DNA from: Squalus acanthias
Lineage: Eukaryota
Direction: 5' to 3'
Length of the DNA: 64,000 bases
Assembly (NCBI GenBank): GCA_030390025.1
Contig: CM059431.1
Location: 144,462,001 to 144,526,000, forward strand
The position numbers and the translations under genes are program-made. The notes below the pieces were generated by a model. It was not told the origin of the DNA. It saw nothing but the letters and a program-made list of their open reading frames with translations, and did not search any database. This document shows, piece after piece, positions 24,981 to 37,063 of the stretch. Position 1 is the stretch's first letter. The number at the start of each line of letters is the position of its first letter.

Positions 24981-26185
24981 GAGATCTAGCACCAGGGTCA
25001 CGAAACTCAGCCGCCCGGCTCCACAGCGCTGCTTCTGCAGGATAACCGGGGCTGAATGTCCCCCAATGGGGCACGGGGGAAATGCCCAGACAGGAAGAGC
25101 CCAGGCTGGGGCTCAGTCTCGGCTGCAGTGGGACACTGACAATTACACTCAGTATTCCTGGATTTGGAAGTAACATTACCCAGTTTTCCTGCTCAGTTTC
25201 TGTGCACAGTGACGTAGCTGGGCAGTGAACCTGTTTGGGTTCAGGATAATGACAGGATCTGTTCAGCTGTGATTGTTCCCATCAATTAATAGGGTTCAAT
25301 ACCCACTCTATATGGTCACCCAGGGAGAGTATCCTACTGAGGGTGGCTCCTGAGGATGTTCCACCCGTGAAATCGGACGGCACCATTTCATGCAGTGCAT
25401 TCCAGAACATAACAATTAAATGGCTCTATTTTAATGGGGGAGCAGGAAAAGAGAGACCTGGGATTTCACATACACTCATCTTTGAAAGTGACATGATAAG
25501 ATGATAATATTAGAGGCATATAATACAAAAGCAAATAATTTATGCTAAACCTGAATAAATCACTGGTTAGGCCTCAGTTCTGGCACCACGCTTCAGGAAG
25601 GACGTCAAGGCCTTGGAAAGTGTTAGGAGGAGATTTATTAGAATGGTAATAGGGATGAGGGACTTCACTTATGTGAAGACGCTACAGAAGCTGGGATTAT
25701 TCTCCTTAGAGAAGAGAAGGTTTTGGGGAGATTTAATTGAGTTGTTAAAAATTCTGAGGGGTTTTCATACAGTAAATGAGAAATTGTTTCAACTGGCAGG
25801 AGGGTCGGCTACCAGAGAATATGTTCTGGAATACATTACATGAAAGGATGTTGCAAGCAGATTCCTCATTAAATTTCAATAGGGAATTGGATATATAATT
25901 GAAATTGCAGTGCGATGGGGAACAAGCTGGCGAGTGGGACTAGTTGGAAAGCTCTTTCAAAGAGTAGGACACAGACACGATGGGCCGAATGGCCGCCTCT
26001 GTGCTGTATGATTCTACGATTCAAATCAGAGCGGGTGGGGTTGTAAATCAAAGCTTTGAAAACTCATCTCGCATCAAAACGACATGAATCAGCAATTGGG
26101 AAATGTAAAGGAAACACTAGGAGTCGGATGATACTGCACTCAAACTTGATATTTGAGTAACATTTGAGTAGGACAGCGAGATCCA

Positions 26186-26353
26186 GGCGCACATGCGTGC
26201 TGACACTTTCTGGAGGGCTCCATTCAGAGCCTGAGGAACGGGGAGCAAGGCACAGTGACCGGACCAATCCCCCAGCGCCAGAGTCTTGACTGGGGACGGG
26301 AGCCGCTCAGACGGGATCGAGGGTTGCTTCAGTCTTTTCAATCGTCGAATTGG
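26186..26353 (+). other. Candidate promoter and non-coding first exon of the PYD gene (copy B)
   Basis: Paralog of 4188-4354; donor GTGAGT at 26354-26359. Confidence 0.45.
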
Positions 26354-27858
26354 GTGAGTTACTGAGAATGTCTGAGTGTGGGCGTGAAAAAGGTCGTCGG
26401 GAAGGGAAGGAGAGCATGAAAGTGATGGAGAGGCGAAAGAGATGTGAAGGTCAAAGGGGCGCCTTAGTTATTTGGACTCGGAGCCTAATGTTAATATATG
26501 CCTGCATTAAGTGCAGAACACTTCATAAAAATCTGTGGCGGTTTCTGTGAATTAGAATCATAGAATACTGTCGCAGATTCTTACAGCACAGGAGGAGATC
26601 ATTCGGCCCATCGTGCCTGTGCATCTTTTTCATAGAGCAACGCAAATAGTCCCACTCCCCTGCCCAGTAATATTTTCAATGCGTATATATATCCAATTCC
26701 CGTTTGAAAGTTAATATTGAATCTGATTCCTTCGCCCATTCACGCAGTGCATTCCAGATCACAACAACTCGCTGCATAAAAACAATCTCTACATCACCCT
26801 CCCCTTTTTGTGCCAATTATCTTAAATCTGTGACTTGTGGTTATCGACACATATTCTTCAGACGATGTCCTAACCTTCCGTGTATCGATTAATAAATACC
26901 TTTAATTTTACTTAACAGGTGTAAATTGTGGATCAAGTTTTATTTTGTGGTTTCAAAATATCAGTGAGAGGAAGAATCTTTAATTTGAAAGTATAGCGTG
27001 CCCAGGTGCTTTAATATTACAAAGCGACCGTTATAAATAATATCATTGTTAAGAAATAGCGGGGATATATATGGATGTTTTTAAATACAAATAAAAGTGA
27101 AGTAACACACATTTCCAAACACTTATTATTCCAATTTGGCGGTTGTAATTCGTCAGCAAGCGTGAAAAACTGTTGCATCGCGAGCCTCTGCTGACTGCGG
27201 TTTGCAACCTGCGGAATGGCGTTAAAAGTAGGTCACATTTCTCCATCCACGGACACCGGTTCTCGGTAGAAATTAGACGGCGAGCAAAGTTGAAAAATGA
27301 AACCTAACGCGGAGAATCAATCAAAACTAAAATTTCAAAACTGCTCAGGACCCCATAATCCTCAAGTGGAGGTTCGGGCGATTTGCACCTCAGTGCCATT
27401 TTAATCAAAACACAGCGGGTTTGAATAAACGTTCTAGTGAAATAAAACTGAAGGGGTCTCAACATCTGTGTGCACGAGCTAATACAAAGTAAAAGCAAAA
27501 TGCTGCAACTAGCAGAGACAAAAGTAAAGGTTTCCCTTTGTGGGCAAGTCACTTCCTCCAACTTTGGCTCGATTTGCATAAGTTTTTTTTTGCACTTCAC
27601 ACGTAGGTAGCACTTGCTGTGTCTGAAGCAACCTCTGATAAGGGACTAGGGTCTTTGTCAATTTAACTTGTTAAATACCAGTCTGTATAGGAGTGCAGAA
27701 GATGTCGATGGTTAAAGGTCAGATTTCAACATCCTGCTGCTTCTCTTCCACAGACAAACGGACACATGCTCACTCAGAATCATTCACTGATATACAGAAG
27801 CTTCCTTTATCTTTCTCTCTCTGTCAGTCTCTCTGTCTCTCTTACATACACAGATATA

Positions 27859-27940
27859 AGAAGTCGCACAACACCAGGTTATAGTGTAGTGCGACTTCTC
27901 ATTTTTGTCCACCCCAGTCCAACGCCGGCATCTCCGCATC
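27859..27940. mobile_element. 82-bp fold-back insertion, probably a Penelope pseudo-LTR terminus of a second family
   Basis: 15-bp TSD acatacacagatata at 27844-27858 and 27941-27955. Inverted arms agaagtcgcacaacac / gtgtagtgcgacttct. Empty site in copy A at 5844-5858. Confidence 0.7.
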
Positions 27941-30900
27941 ACATACACAGATATAGATAACAGTCACTCTGATATACACACACATTGACTTTCTCTACGT
28001 CTCTCGCACAGACACAATGACTGACAGTCACTCGCTTCCAATATCTCTGTCTCTCACACTACAATCATTCACTTACTGATATATACACGCATTCTGTCTC
28101 TTTGTGTAATTTTCTCTCTCTCTTACACATACACACTCACTCAAGTTACTCAGTGAGGTACATATGCATCCTTTGTCTCTGTCTGTGTGTGTGTGTGCCT
28201 ATCTCTCACACACACTCAGAGTAACTCATAAATACACGCGCGTTATCTCTCTCTCTCTCTCACACACACTCAGAGTAACTCACAAATACACACGCGTTAT
28301 CTCTCTCTCTCTCTCACACACATGCACACACACATACACAGAGTCACTCACAGCATTCTCTTTCGCTGTCTCTCTGTCTCTCACTCACTCACTCACTCAC
28401 ACACTTACACACACACAAAGGAGATCATTAAGTATCGCAGCCTGATTCATTTAGAACACAGGAGCCGGAAGGAGCTCTATCGGATCGTTGCACCTTGTAC
28501 ACCTTACTAAAATATAATTCGGTCCTAAGACAATAGAAATTCTTTCCAATTTAAACAGCACAGATTGCAAACAGACCTTGCTTCACAGTGAGCCTTTATT
28601 TTATTGTGGCCTAGTCTTCCAATCATATAACGTTACGGTACAGACGGAGGCCATTCGGCCTATCGTGTCTGTGCCGGCCGAAAAAGAGCTATCCTGCCTA
28701 ATCCCACTTTCCAGCTCTTGGTCCATAGCCTTGTAGGTTACGGATCTTCAAGTGCATATTCAAGTACATTTTAAATGCGATGAGAGTTCCCGCCTCTACC
28801 ACCCTTTCAGGCAGTGAGATCCAGAACCCACCACCCTCTGGGTGAAAAAAATGTCTCCTCAACTCTCCTCTGATCCTTTTACCGATTACTTTAAATCTAC
28901 ATCCCCTGGTTATTGAAGTCTCTGCAAAGGAAGTAGGTCCTTATTATCTACTCTATCTAGGCCCTTCCTATCCACTCTATCTAGGCCCTTCCTATCCACT
29001 CTATCTAGGCCCCTCATAATTTTATGCACATTAATTAAGTCTCCCCTCAGCCTTCTCCAATCCAATCTTTCATGATATTTAAAATTTTCCAGTCCTGGCA
29101 ACATCCTCGTAAATCTTCTCTGAAAACCTCTCTGATACAGTTGCATCTTTCCTGTAATGTGGTGTCCAGAACTGCACGCAGTATTCTAGCTGTGGCCTAA
29201 CTAGCTTTTATACAGTTTATACCGCTCTTATATTCTATCCCTCGACTAATAAAGGATAGTATCCCGTATGCCTTCTTTACCACCTTATCTACCTGTCCTG
29301 CTACATTCAGGGATCTGTGGACATGCACTCCAAGGTCCCTCCGTTCCTCTACACTTCTCGGTATCCTACCATTTATTGTGTATTCCCTTGCTTTGCTATT
29401 CCTCCCCAAATGCATTACCTCACACTTCTCCAGATTGAATTCCATTTGCCACTTGTCTGCCCACCTGACCGGTCCATTGATAGCTTCCTACAGTCTGCTG
29501 CTTTCTTCTTCATAACCAACCACACGGACAAATTTTGTATCTTTTGCAAACTTGTTAATCAAGCCCGCTACTTTGAAGTCAAAATCATTGATATATACCA
29601 CAACAAGCAAGGGAGCTAGTAGGTTGCAGCTGTGGCTGAGTGGGTACCAAATCTCACCGCTGAATCAGAATGTCATAAGTTCAATCCCCCCCGCCCTTGC
29701 TGAGACTTTAAACATACATCCCGTATAGCCTCTGAGGTGGACGTAAAGAATCCCACGGCACTATTGGAAGAGGAAATAGGAGTGTTTTTCCAGGCATCCT
29801 AGCTAATAATTATCCCTCAACCAGCAGTGTTCAAACAGATGAGCTGGTCATTTACTTTGCTGTTGTGTGCTGAAGCTTGCATTTCCTCTCTGTTCGAACT
29901 TAGTGACTTCCAATCCATACCTGTTGGACTATGTATCTTTACTCTTGAATTGTTCCAGCTTTTGGTCTCGCGATGCAACACAGGCAAGACTCCTGTTGCT
30001 GTTCACCCCGGGACTGGCATCGCTTGCCGGCACATAGGTTGGTGGTAGCAGGGTCCCTTCCCTGTAGGAATTATTGAGCTAATTCGATTTTGAAACCACG
30101 GCTTTTACCACAGCTTTGATGGTTACATTGTTGGTGCCAGGTTTATCACATTCAGCTTCATAACTTGCATTGGTAGCATTATGAACTCAAGACCTCTGGA
30201 TTGCGAGTCCAGTGCTTTAACCGCTACACTATCGTAGCATTTGTTAAAGTACCGAAATGATCTAACACAATGACCATCTATTTCCGACCACAGAAGGAGT
30301 GGCTTCATCCACAGTATGTGGAGTTGATTTGACTAAAAGACCCAAACGGTTAAAGGTCAGTGTTGTCCCAGTTCCGACTAATTTCCCATCAGAGAGACGA
30401 ATACTTTAGCTCCTCTCTCTGTGGTTGTTTTTTTAACCCGGGTACCACAGGATAAAGGATCAGTATATGACTCTCTGCCCAGCCTATTGTCCAACCAGAG
30501 AGAGGAGCCTTTTAGCCCTTCCCTCTGCTACTTGACTTGACCCCACTTCTCAGAGGGTGAAAGGTCAGTTTCTGATCCATCCCAGTCTCTCTTAATGAAT
30601 TGCAGATTTTCTTGATAACTGGGAGCTCACAACGCAAGAGAGCCCTAGGGCTGTAACTAAACATTTTTGTTGGATGAAGTACAAATATTGAACTGCTAAT
30701 TACAAGTTATAACCCTCAGAAACCCTAATAGTCTCAAGAAAATAAGTTGCATACTTAGGACTGAGATGAGGAGGAATTTCTTCACTCAAAAGTTAGTGAA
30801 TCTTTGGAATTCTATACCCCAGAGGGCTGTGGATGCTCAGTCGATGAGTATATTCAAGAGCAAGATCGATAGAGTTTCGACAACAAGTTAATCAAGAGAT

Positions 30901-31104
30901 ATGGGGATAGGGAGGTAAAGTGAAGTTAATGTAGAAGATCAGCCATGATCTTACTGAATGGCGGAGCAGGCTCGAGGGGCTGTATGGCCTACTCCTGTTA
31001 CTATTTATTGTGTTCTTAAACGCCATTGTATCATATACCAGAAACATAGTCTTACAGTATAATACACCTCCTTTGTTTTCATTTAATTAGATTGTCAGGA
31101 GATC

Positions 31105-31332
31105 ATGTTTCGAGTTGGAGATATTCTAGAGGAACTGACAGCCGATGAGCTGAAAAAGTTCAAACAAATATTGGTAGAGTATGGAATCCCGGCTGGGAAA
31201 ATCGAGAAAGCTGACGCTTGCATTCTAGAGGATGTGATCAAGAGAAAGTATGGGGCCGAAGAAAAGATTTTATCTGTGATTAAGTGTGCTCTACGCAGAA
31301 TTCCTCGCATGGATTTGCTGCTAAAGTTGCAG
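31105..31332 (+). CDS. Pyrin-domain (PYD, death-fold) coding exon, copy B, intact, 76 aa
   Basis: Exon 31099-31332 between a polypyrimidine ...gtcag| acceptor and a CAG|GTAATT donor; ATG with A at -3. MFRVGDILEELTADELKKFKQILVEYGIPAGKIEKADACILEDVIKRKYGAEEKILSVIKCALRRIPRMDLLLKLQ fits the PYD pattern LE.L..eELKKFK..L...IP...lE.AD...L......YG (compare ASC LENLTAEELKKFK). Read-through into the intron gives 98 aa ending at 31401. Confidence 0.85.
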
Positions 31333-33377
31333 GTAATTTCCATTTTCCTCTTTTGCGATATTTTTTCGGTCTCCCAGTCACGACAAACAATTAGGAATTA
31401 GAAGACTTTGGCTTTGGGATGGTCAACTGTAGAGGAACAACAGAGGATGACAAATGCCGCTCGTTGGAGTTAAAAGTTCAGTATAATATCCAATGTTATG
31501 TTTTTGAAAAATATTCTGCTGATGTCAGCCTCGCTGGCAGAGACACCATTTGTTGACCATCCCTAATTGGTCTTGAGAAGGTCGTGGTGAGCCACCATCT
31601 TGAACCGCTGCAGTCCATATAGTGAGACAATCCCACAGTGCTGTTAGGGAGGGAGTTCCAGGATTTTGACAAAGCGACGATGAAGCAACGGTGATATATT
31701 TCCAAGTCAGGATGGTGTGTAACTTGGAGAGGAATTGGAGTTGATGGTGTTCACATACGTCTGCTTCCCTTGTCCTTCTCGGTGATAGAGTTCGTGGATT
31801 GAAAGCTTCTGTCGAAAAATCCTTGGCGAGTTTCTGCAGTCCATTTTGTAGCTGCTAATCACAGCAGCCGCGTTGCGACGGTGGTGGAGGGAGTGAATGT
31901 TCAATATGGTGGATGGAGTGCTCATCAAGCGGACTGTATTCTCGATGATGTCGAGATTCTTGAGTGTTGTTGGAGCTGCATCTCATACAGACAATTGGAG
32001 AGTATTCCATCACACTCCTGGCTTGTGACTTGTAAGTGGTGAAAAGTCTTTGTGGAATCAGGAGGTGAGAAACTCGCCACAGAATAACACGCCTCTCAGC
32101 TGCTCCAGCACCATTGCATTTATGTGGCTGGTGCGGTTAAGATTCTGGCCAAAGTTGCTCCATACGCTATTGATGATGGGCCAACTTGGCGATGGTAATG
32201 ACATTGAATGTCAAGGGGAGATTGTTAGGCTCACTATTTTTGGAGATGTTCATTGCCCGGCACGTGTGCGGTGCCACCGAATCATTCTTGGGATGGATCG
32301 ATGCCGGCAAGGCCAGTATTATACACTTAAAGCCCTCAGGGCAACTAGGTATGAATAACATATGCTGCCCTTCCAGTGTCGCCACGCTACAGGAGCAAAT
32401 CAAAAGCAAGGACCATGATTAGCCGTCAGGCATTCTTGGCTTACACATACAGCCTTCAAATCCGGATGGTTCCCAAGAATGGCCTGTGCGGACACAACGG
32501 AATTCCTGCCAAAATTACAGAGGCCCTAGTGGGAGAATCCCAGAGGAATTATTTAGAGCAGAGAAGGTTACGTGAACATTTAATAGACGTGTTCAAAATT
32601 ACGATGGGTTCTGATAAAGCATTTATATAGCACCTTTCACAACCTCGTGGCAGACCAAAGTGCTTTACAGACAATGAAATACTTTATGAAATGTAGTGAC
32701 TGTTATAATGTGACACGGAACGTGACAGGCAATTTGCGCAGCAAGCTCCCACAAACAGCAATGCGATATTGACCAGATAATCTGTGTTCAGTGATGTTGG
32801 TTGCTGGATTAATAATGGCCCAGGGAACATGGGAGAATTCCCCTGCTCTACTTCGAAATAACCATGGGATATTTTACATCCCTCCGAGAGGGCAGATGTG
32901 ACCTCGTTTTAACATCTCATCTGAAGTACGGCACCTCTGCTGGTGCAGTGCTTCAGGTTTCTGGAGTGGGATCTGAACCCACGAGCTACTGACTCGTGAG
33001 GGCAATACACTGAGCTCTGGCTGATCCCTAGAATAAAGAAGGAGAAAGCGTTTATATTGGCAGGTGCGTCGAGAAACCAAAGGCACAGATTTAAGGCAAT
33101 TGTTAAAACAAACAGAGGGGGTGATCAGGAGACTGAATTTTTACACAATGAGTTCTTATGGTCTGAAATGCACTGCCTGAAAGGGCCGTAGAAGCAGATT
33201 CAATGGGAACTTTCAAAAGGAATTTGGATAAATACTTTAAAAGGATAAAGTAATGTTGGGCTAGCGAAAAGAGCAGTGAGTGAGACTGATGGGTTTGTTC
33301 TTTCAAAGAGCCGACACGGACACGATGGGCCGAATCCTCTCCTTCTGTGCTGTATCATTATATGATTTCACCCCGAT

Positions 33378-36300
33378 CTTAAGAACATAACAATATAAGA
33401 AATAGGAGTAAAAGAAAGCTACTCGGCTCTTCGAGCCTACTCCGCCATTCAATAAGATCATGTCTGATCTTCTACGTCATCTCCACCTTCCTACAATATT
33501 CCCATATCCATTAATTCCATTCATATTCAAAATTCAATCAATCTCTGTTTTGAATATACTCAACGATTGAGAGTCCACAGCCTTCTCTGTGTTACAGAAT
33601 TCCAAAGATTCAGCAGCCACTGAGTGAAGAAATGTCTCCTCATCTCAGTCCTAAATTGCTGACCCCTTATTCTGAGACTGTAATGTCTGATTCTGGACTC
33701 CCCAATAAGGGCAAACATCCTTCCTGCATCTACCCTGTCAAGCCAAGTACGAACTTTGTATGTTTCAATGAGATCACCTCTCATTCTTCTCATTACTAGA
33801 GCTTATAGGCCTAGTCTATTTAATCTCTCTCCATAGGACAATCCCCAATACCAGGAACCAGTCTGCTGAATCTTCGTTGCACTCCCTCGATAGCAAGTAT
33901 ATCCCTCCTTAGGTAATGAGACCAAAACTGTACACAATACTTCAGGTGTGGTCTCACCAGGGCCCTATATAATTGCAGTAAGATGTATTTCATCTTATAC
34001 TCAAATCCTCTTGTATTAAAGTCCAACATGCCATTTGCTTTCCTAATAGCTTGCTGCACCTGCATGCTAACTTTCAGTGATTCGTGTACAAGGAGACCCA
34101 GGTCCCTCTGAACACCAACATTTCCCAATCTCTCACCATTTAAAAATAATCTATTTTTCTAGATTTCCTACCAAAGTGGATAACTTCACATTTCTCCACA
34201 TTTTATGACATTTGCCAAGATCTTGCCCACTCACCCTGTCTATATCCCCTTGAAGCCTCCTTGTATACTCCTCACAACTTACATTCCCACCCAACTTTGC
34301 ATCATCAGCAAACTTGGATATATTACTTTTGGTCCACTCATCCAAATCATTGATGTAGTTTCTGAATAGCTGAGGCCCAAGCACTGATCCTTGCGGTACC
34401 CCACTAGATACAGCCTGCCAAACCGAAAAAGAACCGATTATTCCTACTCTCTGTTTTCTGTCCGTTAACCAATCCTTAATTCATACTTGTACATTACCCC
34501 AAATCCCATGAGCACTAATTCTGTTTAATAACCCATTGCGTAGCACCTTATCGAATTCCTTCTGAAGATCCAAATACACCACATCCCCTGGTTCCCCCTT
34601 ATGTATTCTGCTAGTTACAAAATGAGAAATTTCTAACTGATTTGTCAAACACGATTTCCCTTTCATAAATCCGGGTTGACTCTGCCCAATCCTATTATTA
34701 TTTTCTAAGAGCCCTGTTACCATGTCCTTAATAATAGATTATTGCATTTTCCCTGCTACTGATGTCAGCTAACTGGTCTGTAGTTCCCCGTTTTCTCTCT
34801 CCCTCCTTTCTTCAATAGTGGGTTTACATTTGCTACCTTCAAATCCACGGGAACCGTTCCAGAATCTATGAATTTTAGAGTCATAGAGTCAAAGAGTTAT
34901 ACAGCACAGAAAGAGGCCCTTCGGCCCATCGTTTCTGCGCCGGCCATCAAACCCGATCTATTCTAATCCCATTTTCCAGCAATTGGTCCGTAGCCTTGTA
35001 TGATATGGCGTTTCAAGTGCTCATCTAAATGCTTCTTGAATGTTGTGAGGGTTCCTGCCTCTACCACCCTTTCAGGCAGTGAGTTCCAGATTCCAACCAC
35101 ACTCTGGGTGAAATTTTTTTCTCAAATCCCCTCTAAACCTCCTGCCCCTTACCTTGAAACTATATCCCCTGGTTATTGACCCCGCTACTAAGAGGAAAAA
35201 TTCCTTTCTATCTACCCTATCTATGCCCCTCATTATTTTGTACACCTCAATCAGGTCCCTCTCAGCCTTCTCTGCTTTATGAAAAACAACCCCAGCCTGT
35301 CCAGTCTCTCTTCATAGCTGAAACGCTCCAGCCCAGGTAACATCCTGGTGATTCTCCTCTCCACCCTCTCCAATGTAATCACATCCTTCCTAGAGTGTGG
35401 CGAACAGAATTGCACACAGTATTCCAGCTGTGGCCTAACTAGCATTTTGTACAGCTCCATCATAAACTCCCTGCTCTTATATTCTATGCCTCGGCTAATG
35501 AAGGCATGTATCCCAAATGCCTTCTTAACCACCTTATCTACCTGTCAGCATCCGTGGAGAGAGAAAGAGAGTTAACGTTTCAGGTCGATGACGACCTGAA
35601 ACGTTAACTCTCTTTCTCTCTCCACGGATGCTGCCTGGCCTGCTGAGTTTTTCCAGCGTTTTCTGTTGTTATATCAGATTTCCAGCATCCGCAGTATTTT
35701 GCTATCGTTATCTACCTGTCCTGCTGCCTTCAGGGATCTATGTACATGCACACCAAGGTCCCTCTGATCCTCTGTCCCTCCGAGGGTCCTAACGTTCATT
35801 GTGTATTCCCTTGCCTTGTTAGTCCTCCCAAAATGCATCACCTCACACTTTTCAGGGTTAAATTACATTTGCCACTGTTCTGCCCATCTGACCAACCCGT
35901 CTATATCGTCCTCTAGCCTGAGGCCTGCTTCCTCGCTATTTACCACTCCAACAATTTTCGTGTCATCTGCGAACTTACTGATCATATCGCCTACATTCAT
36001 ATCTAAATCATTAATGCACACTACAAACAGCCAGGGACCCAGCACCGATCCCTGCGGTACACCACTGGACACAGGCTTCCAGTCACAAAAACAACCTTCA
36101 ACCATCACCCTCTGCTTCCTGCCACTAAGCCAATTTTGGATCCAATGTGCCAAATTGCCCTGGATCCCATGGGCTCTTACCTTCTTGACCAGTCTCCCAT
36201 GCGGGAGTTTGCAAAAGCCTTACTAAAGTCCATGTAGACTACATCAACTGCACTACCCTCATCCACACACTTAGTCACCCCCTCGAAAAATTCAATCAAA

Positions 36301-36583
36301 TTGGTTGGACATGACCTCCACCCTGTCAAAGCTATGCTGACTATCCTTGATTAATCCATGCCTCTCCAAGTGGAGACTAATTCTGCCCCCCAGAATTTTT
36401 TCCAATAATTTCCCTACCACTGATGTTAGGCTCACTGGCCTGTAATTTCCTGGTTTATCCCTACTACCCTTCTTGACTAATGGTAATACGTTAGCTGTCC
36501 TCCAGTCCTCTGGCACCTCCCCTGTGGTCAGAGAGTTTCTGAAAATTTGTGTCAGAGCCCCTGCAATCTCCTCCTTTGCCTCA
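33378..36583 (-). mobile_element. Copy-B versions of the outer CR1 3' half (33378-34875) and nested CR1 (34876-36583), truncated at the duplication boundary
   Basis: Paralogous RT ORF remnants at 33820-34723 and 35251-36516. Confidence 0.9.
35547..35707. mobile_element. 161-bp fold-back Penelope pseudo-LTR insertion
   Basis: 13-bp TSD ttatctacctgtc at 35534-35546 and 35708-35720. Perfect 42-bp inverted arms 35546-35587 / 35592-35633. Empty site in A at 13715-13727. Confidence 0.9.
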
Positions 36584-36988
36584 CACAGGCGGTTAAGGCG
36601 CCGTTCCCTGGTTTCAGACGCTGGAACATCTTCTCTGATGATATCGGTGACATTAACTGCACTGAGACATTTAAAGGATTCTCGTTACTGCAGATCAGGA
36701 AATCAAACGCAACATTGGTTTCGGTACAATCAGAGTAATTCGGAACAAACAAGGCACCGAAAGGCTTGAAGGGAGACCGCACCGTTAGCAGGAGAGCTGG
36801 TTCACGGTGACATGGTGTGTCTGCAGTATGCGGACCAGACAGTCTCTGTGTGTTCACAATGAATGTCCCATTCTTTAATTTGGAAATATAAAACTGAGAG
36901 TGGACATCTGCTATTCCGGTCGCAGCAATCTAAAACTGTATCGCACTGACAGCCTGGTTTAGGGAATTTTAGATGCCAGCACCCGGAC

Positions 36989-37010
36989 GTCTCTGTGGCG
37001 CAATCGGTTC

Positions 37011-37044
<34 letters not shown>

Positions 37045-37063
37045 GAAGCTCCACCCAGGGACG
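36989..37063 (+). tRNA. tRNA-Asn (GTT), probably a pseudogene
   Basis: gtctctgtggcgcaatcggttcgcgcgttcggctGTTaaccgaaaggttggtggttgaagctccacccagggacg matches vertebrate tRNA-Asn, except for a D-arm A>C, T-loop/B-box GTTCGA>GTTGAA and one extra base. A T-run follows at 37067. Confidence 0.9.

Larger units (their letters stand above)
23991..36583 (+). repeat. Segmental duplication, copy B
   Basis: Colinear with 1366-14591; homology stops abruptly inside the nested CR1 at 36583. Confidence 0.95.
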
